Part shown: one piece after another, positions 1 to 11,939 of the stretch | Numbering within the stretch: position 1 is the stretch's first letter | Layout: every line of letters starts with the position of its first letter | Assembly (NCBI GenBank): GCA_000934665.2 | Contig: KZ538441.1 | Location: 50,148-70,147 of the forward strand | Direction of reading: 5' to 3' | DNA length: 20,000 bases | Source: Catajapyx aquilonaris | Lineage: Eukaryota | The notes under the pieces: generated by a model | The model's database searches: none | The model's input: only the letters and a program-made list of their open reading frames with translations | What the model was told of the DNA's origin: nothing | Made by a program: the position numbers and the translations under genes

Positions 1-1070
1 AACCACAGTTACTGATAGCAAGATATTATTTAAAAAGCTCTATACGGCAAAATCAAACACACGAGCTCAATTCTTTGCTGGTAAAAAATATGACGCCCAA
101 GTTTGCTCAGTCATTTACGAGGCTATTCGAGCGCTTAAATATGGAGATGATTAACATAGGCATTCATAAACAAGGATGGTAGCCGTTTTAGTGCCGATTA
201 CAGATTTGAGTTATCAGGTATGGGGAAAAATTGGAGCTATGAGTTGGGGGAGAGGGTGGGCATGTCGAATTATTTTCCAGGCTTAATGATTGGCAGGCGA
301 ACAGCAGAGCACCGCTTCTATTGGCAGTTTAGCGATTTACGTTGCGGCTAGGCTTTTGAGCCCAGGTTTTTACTCTCGTGATGGCCTTGTCGAGCCAGCG
401 AGTTCTGGTTAAAATCCCTCCGGATCGGTATTTTCCGGCGGTAAAAATTGCACCCGGATCGAGGAAAGTGGCTTTGCTTCTCTTTATCTGTAGGTATCGA
501 GTGGATTTAATTATTCCTGTTCGATGGAGTTGGCTTTGCTGACTGCACCCCACCCCTACACGCGTTGCTGAATATGCACACTAGCGGAAAACAACGCACT
601 TGGTCGGGGGCTGTGCACAATTGGCCAGTTTCTGGTTGCCAGCACATTCTGGCCTGTCCTGCACCAGTTCCATCTATTAAGCCCGTAGAATAAGACAGGT
701 CGAAAATCAGATTGGGCAGGGGGTGAAATTAGGGCTCAGGTGGCAAATTCTCACACAGCACATCAGAGCCCGTTAGCGTGTGGAAGCCACCATCTGAATA
801 CCTAATTTCCCTTTGCCAACTTTTGCTCTCAAGTTTCCTCTTCCAGAGCCCCCCTTATTTCGAGAGCTCTCGCGCGAAGAATACAAGGCAATAGGTGGGG
901 ATTATAGGATACTAGTGTCTGTGCTTGGGATCTCCATTCGCTCTTCGATCTTCCTCTTTAGGCTATAGGGATCCTCCTCCTCCTCCTCCTCTGCTTTTCC
1001 TTTCATCTCACGACTACGACAAGATTGTTCCACAATTCATTCTTATCTTGCAAATACTCCAGACATGATT
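1..1070 (-). mobile_element. Highly degenerate PIF/Harbinger (HARBI1-like) DDE transposase relic
   Basis: Manual minus-strand translation across frameshifts gives motifs in Harbinger order: RRRRRR, VLCENLPP (~YLCxxLxP), GCSQQS (~GxSQxSxSR, start of ORF 329-553), PGAI (446-454, ~GAIDxTH), KIPIRR, RQGHHES (372-392, ~NRKGxHS), PGK*FD (from 281, ~PGSxHD), GYHP (176-184, ~DSGYP). Catalytic aspartates are not preserved, no TIRs identified, and it runs off the window edge. Confidence 0.35.
972..989. repeat. (TCC)6 microsatellite
   Basis: tcctcctcctcctcctcc read directly. Confidence 0.9.
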
Positions 1071-1870
1071 TTTGTTGGGAGTGAAAAGTGTCAAGAAAAA
1101 TGCCAAACTATTTGTCAGGACTGTGCCGAGTATAATTTTCTGTGCTGGTTTGTCCCAAAGTGGCGAGTAAATAACACTGTAATTGCATGCAAATGATGTG
1201 GCTGCTGCGAGTGAAAATGAGGAAACTTGGTTGCTATTAGCTAGTCAGGAAAATAATTGCCCGTCCCTCCGCGACGACGGGTTTCAGCGTAATTACGCCT
1301 CCCAAAAAAACAAAAAAAAAAGGAGTCAGCCAGTCAGGTTGCGACCGATATTATTTTTTTTTGCAGTTCCTCCCTCCAGACAAAGAGAAGCCAGACAAGT
1401 ATTGTGTCGAGGCAGCAAGAATGCCGATGCATTTTGGACTCCTGTAATTAATTTGGTGGAAAAGCCAGTCAGGAATTTGCTTACGGAACGCACTGCAAAT
1501 GCGACAAGTTCACCAGGCTAAATCGCAAAGCGCTGTCCATCTTTCGTGTTATTAATCCTTCCAGCCATCTGTCACGTCTGTCAGCCAGACTCTAGAATGT
1601 GTCTAGTGAAGGATTATGATTGTGTTCTGCAAGGTTCCTGCCACTGAACATCCGCACGTGCCAGCTGGTAAACAACTAGACGAACAGAGCCGTCGGTTGC
1701 GAATCTAGGAAATAGTTGTGGAATGTATAAGCAAAATGTCACTATAGGTTGAGAATCCTTGATTAGAAATGTTTGGGACCGGAAGCGGTTTTCGGATTCC
1801 AACAATCAATGGACACTTTAATATATGTATTTTTTTCGCAACAATTTCCAATAACTGAATACCAATATAA

Positions 1871-1925
1871 CCAATACACCTGGAATAATACCAATACACC
1901 TGGAATAATACCAATACACCTAGAA
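1871..1925. repeat. Tandem repeat, 20-bp unit CCAATACACCTGGAATAATA, about 2.75 copies
   Basis: Two exact copies (1871-1890, 1891-1910) plus a partial copy CCAATACACCTAGAA. Confidence 0.95.
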
Positions 1926-2059
1926 CATCCTGTATATGTGAAAGTGTGAACGTGGCAACATTAAACATTTTATGTGTAGTTGATATGATGCCCAACCTCA
2001 TAATACCCCATGCATTATAAAATGGGACAGATTTTGGATGGGATGCCTCAACAAGCTAA

Positions 2060-2185
2060 CCTCCTGAGACCCCTGGTACAGTATACTGTACCTTTGCTTT
2101 TGTTTTTTTTTTTACGCGTTTGAGTTAGTCAGAAGGTGCTGGAAAAAACAAAGGTACAGTATACTGTGCCAGGGGTCTCAGGAGG
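2060..2185. mobile_element. 126-bp MITE with 37-bp TIRs, piggyBac-like (CC...GG ends in TTAA-like sites)
   Basis: 2060-2096 CCTCCTGAGACCCCTGGTACAGTATACTGTACCTTTG is the reverse complement of 2149-2185 with one mismatch. Flanks are CTAA and ATAA, each one change from TTAA. Confidence 0.85.
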
Positions 2186-2889
2186 ATAATTTACATTTCA
2201 TAGTAGATGTTATACATAAACCCTGAAGGTAGATTTCTGAACAATTTTAATAAATTTGTTTGCGTACAGACACATCAGGTAATGAGCACACTCACATTGA
2301 ATTTTACATATTTTGCGTATTATGTCAGTAGGCGTACTCAAAAATCTTTCGCATTTTTGAAATTTTCATTTGCAATAATTTCGGATAAGGGATTCTCTCA
2401 AATTGTAGCGAAATTTTTACCGAGTTATTCATGTGCCAGTATTGGGCAAATTGATAGAAAATGCTTCATAAGGTCACATAAAAGTTGCTTGTTAATAATT
2501 ATTGCTGACCATTGATTACAAATCACGTATGTATATGGTCATTTACTCATTTTAGATGACCAGATCCTGGTCATCGCAAAGTGGGATAAATGCCGAATTT
2601 CCGTCAATGTATTAATGAACATTACAAACGCACGATGCCTAACTTCTAGATTCTAGAATATGGAATATTAATCTTACATGTCATAATTTCTCATTTACCT
2701 GTTATTTGTTTACCTTATTACGCCTTATTTTATATTTTAAATACAGACATGTGTTGTATTTCAGATCTACGTAGTCTCAATCGCATTTTTATGATTGACA
2801 ATCCAGATTACCAACGATGCTCCACATTTTTCCATCCCAATTTTTAATTATAATAAAGTTAAGATTTTCCGAGAGATTTTCATTCCTCC

Positions 2890-4100
2890 AAAATGGTCAC
2901 TTCAGGACGTCCTTTACGACCCCAGCGGAGGCTCAGGATGCAACGGTATCCTGGGCTCACTACTATTTATACGCCATAATCTGCCATATTTTCACGCTGT
3001 GTCAGAATTTCAGAAAAGAGTGGACTCACAGTAGCCTGGAGAGTGAACCGTGAATGTAATGCATTCCCTAGGATGAGCAAAGGTAGTGGCTTTAGTCGAG
3101 TCCAGCAAAATGGTTTCCACTAGAGTAGGCTCTTGTTGGCGACCACGACATTCACTGGGAGTGGACGAGCCATAAAGTGGGGATAATTTATCACAACATG
3201 CGCGGCTGAAGCCTTTATGGAAGCCGCGGAAATGTATTGCGAGGCGCGGCAAGGCTTCTTCTGCTTGCTTGGTGCCTCCCAGACTAATGGATTGACTAAC
3301 TCGCCCAAGGCGAGACTAAGACGCAGCCTTAAGAGGGTAGGACTCCCTCCAATCTTGATTAATGCACCCAAGTCTTACAGGATTGGTTGTGGGAGGCAGG
3401 CTTTCAGGTGTCAAACTATGGCACAATGTGGCGTGAAAGACTATTCGACTCCCTGTCCTATGCAGACTGCCACCACATTTTTTTGGGAGTTCATTTCGAA
3501 CATTTTTATGGATAGCACATTGCTTACGGTTCTAAAGGTATGGTGACATCAATTATGTTGTGGCAGTGTGTTTTTTAATAGAAAACAATGGGTCGTTAGC
3601 GTGATCAGTGGGACTGGCAGTATATTCTAGTGTGGTATCTAGTGCCAGCATTAGCGTTATACAACTGAGGCAGGTAGACACTCATTTGGCTAGGCCGGCG
3701 ATTTGGTACTATGCCATGACTCTAATGTTGCATTTAATGTGGCTGACATTTCTCGAAATTGCATGCCCTCGCTTCCCCTGACGTACAATTTTTGAATGTC
3801 AAATGTTGTTTGGAGATAATGCTCTGGTTTTCCCAAATGAGTCCAGAATCCAGCGGGGCGCGAACTGTATGAAACACCCCGGATACTGTTTCACACTTTT
3901 CAAAAAAAAAAAAAAAAAATTGTGGTATCAATAATTGTGCCAACCGCTAACTATAAAAAAGCTAAGGTGAAAAAAACTAGGCGTTTATCCCCCAACTCAG
4001 TCTGGGCAAGCGATTGAGAGTTTTTTAATCTCTTTTTGGGCACCATTGATCTCTTCCCAACCCCCCTCAGGATTGCAATTCCCTTCTAGCTAGATCCTTT
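2890..4100 (+). mobile_element. Possible highly degenerate Tc1-like transposase relic
   Basis: SGRP (2902-2913) followed by TTPAEAQD (2916-2939) resembles GRPRxTTxxxD. Then GFSR / H*SRLLLA / WTSHK (~HxxxRLxWAxxHxxWT) and CPMQTATTFFWEFIS (~CxxxTVKxxxxMxWGxIS). DDE residues and a TIR pair were not found; boundaries are approximate. Confidence 0.25.
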
Positions 4101-4252
4101 GGTAGAGTCCCAAAAGAGTCCGGGTTTTCTCAAGTGGGAAGAATGGTTTAATCAGTCTTTCGCCTAGGGAATTTGGATCAGATGTCAGGGTACCCAACAG
4201 GATATACCAAGACAAGGCGAACTGATTTCGTTTTCGATTTTTTTTTTTTTTT

Positions 4253-4331
4253 NNNNNNNNNNNNNNNNNNNNNNNNNNNNNNNNNNNNNNNNNNNNNNNN
4301 NNNNNNNNNNNNNNNNNNNNNNNNNNNNNNN
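4253..4331. other. Assembly gap (79 N) flanked by poly-T and poly-G runs
   Basis: N run seen directly. Single Ns also occur at 9031 and 9564. Confidence 0.99.
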
Positions 4332-4499
4332 GGGGGGGGGGGGGGGGGGTTGCAACTTTTGGGACGATTTAGTGGAGAAGAGAATTCCCTTACATCCTGT
4401 AAAAAGTGAGAGCTATCAAAAAATTTGAGCTAGGAAAAAAACATTTCGGTTGAAATTTGCCATCCGGTGCAAGTTTTCCAGATATCAGTTGGGAGAGAC

Positions 4500-5320
4500 T
4501 TTTAATTAACCACATCAATTATCATGCGGTAATAAATGTCAGGACTCGCTCTATCAAAAAAAAAAAAAGTGTGCCAAAAGAGGTGGGAATTCAGGCCCAA
4601 AACGCTGCCAGAACTTGGCCTTTTTGTTACAGCAGGTGGCCGCCCCATAATTACCTCTAATGGGCAAAAGTGTCAATATTCCAGTTATTGTCGATGTGTA
4701 TGCACGGCATTATTTTTAGCACCCATGTCGGTCATTATGCAAAGCGAAATATCTAGTGGTTCCACTGCTAAAAAGCAAATTCAGGTAGGGGATGTCAGGC
4801 AGACCAGTTGTAAATCGACCTTTTTTTTTTTTGCTGGTCTCTGGTATCGATACGGTCCAGCAATCTATGCGGTCTTTCGATCCTTTCCGCCGAACAACAC
4901 CGCTGAATCAGTTGTGGCTTGGAAGACACTTGCACACGTTGCACTGTATAGGTCTGGACTGCTGGGTATAGCAGAAGATAAGAGTTGAAGACAAGCAAGT
5001 CAGCACTTGGAACCAGCGAAGACACTCAGATAAGAAATGAAATAATGTGCGGCAAAGCCAGTTATTTTTTTGTGTGTATAAAAGTGACGCACCAGTGCCG
5101 TAGTAGCCTGTGCGCTATATTCAACTAAGATGAAACAGGAATTGTTCTGACTTTGCTGAATCTGGAACACCTTGCATGCCGGTGTGGTAATTAGGAGTTG
5201 GGTAGGAATCCAAGCCTAGTGCAGTGCAAAGTTTGTGAAAGCCGGCGGCAGACAGGAAAGGCAGGCATGTCACCAAATGAGATGGTGTCCTGACACAGGA
5301 GACAAGCGGGAGACAACTCG
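4500..5320 (+). mobile_element. Degenerate piggyBac (PGBD-like) transposase C-terminal half
   Basis: Motifs in piggyBac order across frameshifts: KKSVPKE (~RKxxPK), WAKVSIFQLLSMCMH (from 4661, ~WxDKRxVxxLSTxH), VGDV / ADQL (4785-4810, ~MGGVDxxDQ), WYR (4842-4850, ~KWY), then Cys-rich tail QCKVC (5222-5236) and WCPD (5283-5294). Confidence 0.35.
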
Positions 5321-6368
5321 ACAGGCCCGGAAGAGAATAGAGGTTCTGTATAGTGCAAGCTGACCGTCATGGTTGGACAATGCGGTTTGCGTAATCATCC
5401 GGTTTCTTACTAGGTCGGTGTGTGAGTAAAGTAGGTAACAGACAGTTGTAGGTGTTTGGCAAGAAGAAATTGGGAGGAAAGCATCCCTGACGCTGCATCC
5501 CATTTGGTTTGGCTGAAAGAAGAAAAGAGAGGAGGGGTGCACGGCATTAGACAAATCCAATTTGTATCGACTTTACCTGAAGCCCAAACGTCGTCTTGAA
5601 ATTCTCGGTAAGAAGAACCGCGGGCTCGATATTTCAGACCACGTCCAATTCCTGCCGCCTTCGTAGCTACTGATCACAATGACAAACTAGTATAGTCATT
5701 GGAAATTCCTTCCACGAAATGTCACATGAAGCAGCCGGTCTCAGAGGAAGCTTGTGTATGTAATAAATCCGATAACACAACTCCAGCTGTTGTCTCTGCA
5801 TACAGTAGGCAATCACGTTTTTATTTCACTAACGTATTGCAATAATGTAAATTTCCAAAACATCTGACGTTTGGCCATAAAACCTACGAGGTTTGAAAGC
5901 GAATATGCTTCGAGTATTGATGGTGCAATAATGCTATGTAGGCGTGTTTTGTTCTGATTTAATACTGTCCATAAGAAGGAATATTTTTAAAAACTGTTTA
6001 TAACACGTTATTGATGATAAAATTATTCATCTTTTTAGGTTTCGGGTAATGAAGCCTATACATTGCGCTTCCCTTTCAAAATAAAACCGCACTAATCGGG
6101 AAAATTTCAACCTTCAATTACAGCAGGCTGTCTGGTGGAATGCACCAGCAATGATTTTTCCACCTCATTAGGCGGTTTTTAGGGGGGGGGGGGTGGTCAG
6201 TTGCGCAATCCAATGTTGGTGTAGCAACCTTGCGTTGACACTTGCAAATTACGCGATTGGAGTCACTTCGTTTCAAACCATTACGAGGTTAAGCTTCATT
6301 TTTGTTGAATTGGCGGATGGAGCCTTTCTATAGGTATATAGACATCCGATTTGTCATGGCTACTTGTG

Positions 6369-6415
6369 ACAGTGTACAGAAGTTAATGACACTGTCATTA
6401 ACTTCTGTACACTGT
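6369..6415. repeat. 47-bp palindrome (perfect 23-bp arms, 1-nt centre)
   Basis: ACAGTGTACAGAAGTTAATGACA-C-TGTCATTAACTTCTGTACACTGT; the arms are exact reverse complements. Confidence 0.97.
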
Positions 6416-7199
6416 TATACCTTGATATGTATTTTGTCTTTTTGGTACATTGTCAGATAAATCCACGACAAATAGCAGGCCTACATTGGGATTTTTAAAA
6501 ACTGTAGTTTAAATCTACGTTTCCATGCGATACATTCCTTTCAAGCTGGATTAAGCGGCCGACCTATGCATTAAGGAAGGGAAATTAAATTAGAATTGTG
6601 CAGCATATATTACGATCCCCTTTATTTCGCAGAGCATGATATAACGTGCCTTTTAGACGATCAACCAATTTAAGCAAAGTTAGATATAGACACTTTCACT
6701 AGTTAAACGTTGCTTAAACTGAGATGATTGTAGAAAGGAACTTTCCCCCCTCTGAGAGATATGGCTGACAATAATTCGTCTACGTGTATGGGTGACAGCA
6801 TTGAAAAATGGAACGAGCATGAAAATATGCAATAAGGGTGTCAAAAATTGGTGTCGCGTACTAGACACGAAGGTCGAAATATTTTACGTACTTGGATATG
6901 TGACGGCGCGGAAAGCGACAGGTGGATTAAAATATGTAGAAGTCGTGTCCAAACGGGGATAAACGCGTGAAGAGCTTAATAATTAAACTTTACATATATA
7001 TATCTTCACTAAAATTAAACACAAAACTATCCGGTCAGATAATGTTATGCACTAATAACGTCATTCATAATATGAAAATTAGTGTATGTTTTGTATATTT
7101 ACATAATGCACGATGATGATTTTCAAACAGTAAAATAGTGTTCGTGAGGCGCATAATACATTATTTACTCAAATTAATGTTTTGTGCTCAATTTACAAA

Positions 7200-8090
7200 G
7201 CTTCTTGGTCTGCTTTTGCCACACTTTAAATATTGCACATGCATAGTTTAATGCATTTTCAGAGTCTAGTGTGTAGCCGTTATGAAACTGGAATAATACA
7301 AACATGTTGATTTACGGAAGGTATAACAACATCCTCTTTTAACTGGCACATACGGATCAGTAGCTATACTATACACGTTGTTTGGCCAAGAGTCGGTCAT
7401 ATATATCGTATATCATGCCATTTTTGTACCCGGAGGTCGCCATTCCGGGATTTCTCTTGTGACCACATCCATCCTTACATTATGCATTTGTAGACATTTG
7501 GCATAATCGCCGACAGTATCGGTAACGTCATTCCCTACTCCTTTTTAGCTGCCGAATTAGTGTTTTGAGACAACGACCTCAGTCACCCGATGTCCTATTT
7601 CCATTGTTTTCTCCGGCCTGCACCACAACAACGTATCAGTGATATAAAAAATACAAATTAGAAAGTCCCAAAAAACTGAAAAACAAATTATGACAACACC
7701 CCCTTAATTACGCGCGGCTTTTATATTTCGATCCGGTTACAGAAAGAATTATCCAACAAAATATTTTACACACTGTATTGCAATTCTTGTCGAACATGTT
7801 GAAGCCAACATTTTCGACTATGGTTTTGAAGTCGCGCAGGCCATCAAGCAAACGATATGCTAAAACTTCCCTCTTTTTCATAATTTCGTCTCTAAAAGCG
7901 TTGTTCTCCCCGACGACGACAGAATGCGAACACACAGTCGACCAACTGTTGCCAACGTGAGGCCATCCATCACATCTGGTTGTAATGAACTGTCAGCTCA
8001 AAAATTGTATTAGCAGTACACACACTTTTTCTGAGCCTTGATAATGAAGAAGACACTCCCTTAAAACCACGTCTTATTTCTCACAGCTTA
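7200..8090 (-). mobile_element. Degenerate hAT transposase N-terminal part (BED finger and following domain)
   Basis: Minus strand: W..., KCVYC (CVYC at 8013-8024, BED CxxC). ORF 7708-7935 contains DGLRDFKTIVENVGF (~DxRPFSxVExxGF) and SKYKSR (~PxYxxPSR). MWS at 7460-7468 resembles TDxWS. Many stops and frameshifts; no TIRs or 8-bp TSD found. Confidence 0.4.
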
Positions 8091-8125
8091 TTAACTTAGT
8101 TAAAATTTTCGTCACCGTTTGGGTT

Positions 8126-8184
8126 ACATGCACGGACATGAATAGACTTGCACGGACATGCACGGACATGCACAGACATGCACA
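8126..8184. repeat. Tandem repeat, 10-bp unit ACATGCACGG, about 6 imperfect copies
   Basis: acatgcacgg acatgaatag acttgcacgg acatgcacgg acatgcacag acatgcaca read directly. Confidence 0.9.
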
Positions 8185-8769
8185 TCAGATAAGCAAAAGC
8201 GACATCTGATAATCGCACAGTATTTTAGACGTGTCTATGAAGAAATATGTATAATGTGCATCAATCGGCCTGCCCTTTTCCATTTGTTTGCGCTCTTCGC
8301 GGCCTCATAAATATTGATGGCGGCACCAGAGCGACCGACTGCCGCTCTTTTGTTTCAGCGGAAGGTGGTGCCAGAGTTAATTACTCAGATGCAGATCCTA
8401 AGGAAGGCAGGCCCTCTCCTGTCCGAGTCCCGGGGCAACGATTAATATTTTCCAACACTGTATGAATGCAGACCTGTCAGCGCAGGCCAGTTGCATGTTT
8501 ACCCCCGGCGAGTTAACAGGCAATTTGGATTCAACACAAACACCACAAAACAGCATGGGTAATAACCGGGGCACACAAAAGGATCAGGATTAATATTTAA
8601 TCCTCGGGATGGCTTTTGGGTATTATTTGCTCTCAGTGAATAATTGAATAATTAAAAAAAACCGTGTAATAAACCTTTTGCTGTCAGAACCCTATCGTTA
8701 ATCTACAAAGCTGTTGTCATCGATGCAACACCCAGTAGCTGAAAAAAATTATTGCTGATCGTGTCTTGG

Positions 8770-10260
8770 GGGAGGCATAGTGGACCTTGGGAGGAATTTG
8801 AAGCGCAAATAGGTCTCCCAGCTGGCAAACAAACCCTCTTCTTTGGCTGCTATTCGGAGCCTTCCACGAGTGGCAATTAGGTAGAGCAGGAGAGGACTCT
8901 CAATAACAAAAATGTCCCTGTCCAAGAAGCAGTACTCGAGTCGTCCTTTCATGAATAAGCAATGTGCAAGCCGCGCTCCAACTCTGCCAGGCAAAAAAAA
9001 AAGACAAAAAAAAGGGGGGGGGGGGGTGGGNCATAGCCATTTTTGAAGTAGGGCTGGAGATAAAAGAGTGACCTGGAATAAATATTTCAGGGGGAGGGGG
9101 GGGGGGAGTCCAGGCTCGTGTTTCTCATTTGAAATGTGCTGGACGCTGCTTCCGTCATGGGCAGACGAGCAGGCCTTGAGTGGCCAACATTTGTGCCAGA
9201 CTCAAAGGAATTTATTTCCGGCTCAATTCCAACATAGATGCACTCGGGTTGTGATTGTTTATTTCAGCAAAAACAAGAACTCTGGTAGGGGGGTATACTT
9301 GGCAAGTCCGAAATTCTGAAGAGTCCTTTGAATTTGTGAAACCAGTGTGGGGTAGGTGCAAGCTGTGCAGTTTCTGTATAAGTTTCTCGGCACGTCAGTG
9401 CCGACAAAAAGATTTGTCTCGTTCTTACTCCCATGCGTTTTCTTAGCGAAAACTTCCCACGGACGAGAGAAGCCAGAGGAGAAAACGACTCTTACTGTAG
9501 GGGAGGACTAAAGTGTAAAGTTTCTTTCACATTCTTCTTCAGAGAAGGAAAAACAACCGGGGGNTGTGGGGTTTGTGGGGGGGGGCTTGCTCTCAGGGAT
9601 TGGGTGTTTGGTTTTTGATTGGAATTTTCCAGAGAGTTGAGCTAAAACTTTTGACAGACTCTTTAACCACTCTGGCCTTGGCGTTTTGAGGCAGTTTTTG
9701 AACAACCACGTTATGAGGACGTAAAAAAACATATGTGCTACTTGACAGCTTGTAAAAAAAAAACAACTTAAAACCGCCAACAGTATTAGTTGGCCTCTGG
9801 GGTCGAATATGCCATAGTCACACGGTTTCAAAGCGGTGGGTGTAAAGAGAGTTAACAGTCTTTTCGCATAAAGAGATGCAGACCTGAGGATTAAACTGGA
9901 GACAGTTAAGGGATTTTCCCACGGCCTGAAACTTACAAGCAGCTTAAGGCGGGGCAGGCAACAAACTCCTGGCCCTTGGGTGGAAAAGGAAACTTCCACT
10001 TGCTTTAAAGAGAAAGAAAAAAAAAAGTTAGGATGGTATTGAAGCGGTATTAATAGCCTTCATAATCATTAGGACGGAAAAGTCAACTTTCTAACGGCAG
10101 AAATTTAATATCTTTGGAAGGGTGGTAAGGGAAGTTGGCCGAAAAGTATTTCAAATAGCTTCTATCCTACGATGGCGTCTGGGCTCCCATCAGCTCCTCT
10201 CAGCCCCATTTTTCTTCTCGCAAGTTTTGCAAAGGCCGCAGATATCTCCCCAGAGTCGGC
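8770..10260 (-). mobile_element. Degenerate non-LTR retrotransposon reverse transcriptase (CR1/L2/Rex-type ORF2)
   Basis: Ordered motifs on minus strand: EISAAFAKLARRK...GSPDAI (~KLxxRKAxGPDxI; GSPDAI at 10171-10188), ILLAVLSCFF (~ISLLxVLSKxFE), TVRVVFSSGFSRPWEV (~9452-9499, ~VRxxFxDFSKAFDxV), KLIQKLHSL (9359-9385), RTCQV, TQGLLVCP (9158-9181, ~PQGSxLGP), LKY (9082-9090, YADD lost), SWSAACTLLIHERTTRVLLLG (~WSxxNxLxLNxxKTK), FKFL (8791-8802). Confidence 0.6.
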
Positions 10261-10439
10261 TACGCTCCAGACCAATTCCCGCTCATAAATCTAGCTCGTA
10301 AACATTTTTGCTCCTCCGGGGGATGGTTAATTATTGACCCGGTGAACCATGGAGCAAAGTGCCGCCGATTACGGTACATCGGCTGGATAAAAATCACTTT
10401 TTAGGTCCAGTTTTCTGCTACTTTGTTTTTTTTGTTCAA

Positions 10440-10850
10440 CTCACATTAAGAGATCAAGGGATTGTGGACAATCAAGTTCAGATTGTGATTAACTGGCTGA
10501 CTTGGCAAGTTATTTTTCACGTACTGCTACCAGAGCCTGGTTGTGAGATGTAGGATAAATATAGACGTAAATTACGGTATTTCAAAATGCAACTTTGACA
10601 AACCGGCTTCAACTTTTGACCTCCAAGAATCTACTGCATAAAAGACCGTATTTGTAGTATGCGGTTGAAATACGTGACCAAGCAGAGGATAGGCGCCTTT
10701 CTTCTTGATGACTGAGGGCAGTGAAGGGGAAGGAAACCAAATGCAATTCTATGCAGGTTGCTAGCCAACAATGCGAATTAGGACAATTCAGCAAATTACA
10801 GTGTGCAAGTGGCTAATAGGCTTGGAAATGAGGTAGGGAGGAAGTCCAAA
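10440..10850 (+). mobile_element. Degenerate LINE ORF2 C-terminal fragment (CR1-like)
   Basis: LRDQGIVD...LTWQ (from 10446, ~RDLGxxVDxxLxW), RPYL*YAVEI (from 10643, ~RPxLEYAxxxW), LRAVKGKETK (~LExVQxRATK), LEMR (~LExRR). Confidence 0.45.
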
Positions 10851-11939
10851 TGAGATCGGACAGGTGCTGCCTTGATGGCGAATGCATAGTGGCTTCTGTT
10901 GTATGCCCTGACATTTGCACTAATGGCTCTATTAATATCGTCATTTGGTGCCGTGTAGTTTGGTAACGCGGTTCATTATGGACAGGGTCAGTTCAGCTTT
11001 TTTGAACTGGCCGCGTTTCATTATGTCAGTCGGTAAGCGTTAGCGTTGCTAATGTCAGGATATCAGTAAATCATGTCGTTTTCTAAAGTGCCATTTTTTG
11101 AAAACTTGGATTATTTATGTTAAGTTATAAGGTGTAAATTAACCGTTGCATTAATGTTGCATCCTGTTCGCATCTACTGTAGAAGGGTGCATTTGTAGCC
11201 TGATATTCTGAATATGTGCCTTATTTTTTGAAAATTTGAATTTGAAATTGTTGTGATAAAAATGAGGGCTGACATCATCATCATGAACCTTTCATTGAGT
11301 GTAATAGAAGCAATGAGTTACGTTTATCAATTGTAACTCATTTTCACACAAACTTTATTTATTATGTTTAGTTAGTCTACAGCTATCAAAGCAACTGTGC
11401 GGGTGGCTGCTGGATTCATGCTGTGTTTATTTACAGAGAACACGCAGCCAGCTACACGTATTAATAATTCAATATAAATACCTGTTTGGTCTACTGATGT
11501 ACTAACAACAAGAACATTTTCCTTTGTTGAGATAGAGCATCCAAAAAAAAAAACATCCTGGAAAAACTGGATATGGTCCGGAAGCTCCACTCCAGGCTGT
11601 TTTGAAATATAAACGTCGCATCCACCTTTCATGACTGGCTTCCCAAGCCAAGCACACTGAGGATTGATTCCACTGGCAGCCTCTTTTAGAGTCAGCCACA
11701 AATTTCTCGGCGGGGTAAACATGAAAAGAAAATGACCGCGTGGTTATAGAAGTAGCTGCACCAATCAGCTCCAGACCAGAGTCAGTTTCACTAAATAAAT
11801 AGGCCCTCTACGTCATTTTTGGCCAAAAAGCCTGGTGCATATAGCTCCAGCAGAATATTTTCCCAAACCCTACTTCTCCTACATTCGAGGCATATAATTT
11901 TGCTGCACCGGACGTAAAATAGTTCCGGCCACTAGTCCA

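Noticed and set aside
1871..1925. 20-bp direct repeats as a CRISPR array
   Set aside because: Units are contiguous with no unique spacers, there are no cas genes, and the context is eukaryotic.
4332..4349. Poly-G runs (also ~6182, 9014, 9097) as functional G-quadruplexes
   Set aside because: Several lie next to Ns or the gap and may be sequencing artefacts.
5270..5560. TALSNHDGQL on the minus strand resembling the APE endonuclease SDH motif
   Set aside because: Single isolated motif with no other endonuclease motifs in order.
5881..6292. Imperfect inverted repeat (AACCTACGAGGTTTGAAAGCGAA vs TTCGTTTCAAACCATTACGAGG|TTAA) as a MITE or piggyBac right end
   Set aside because: Only a ~9-bp exact core with gaps needed, and no matching left TTAA; too weak to call.
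11372..11722. Minus-strand ORF with GGCDVYISK resembling the endonuclease GGGVxxY motif
   Set aside because: No supporting neighbours, and the opposite strand fits the adjacent LINE better.
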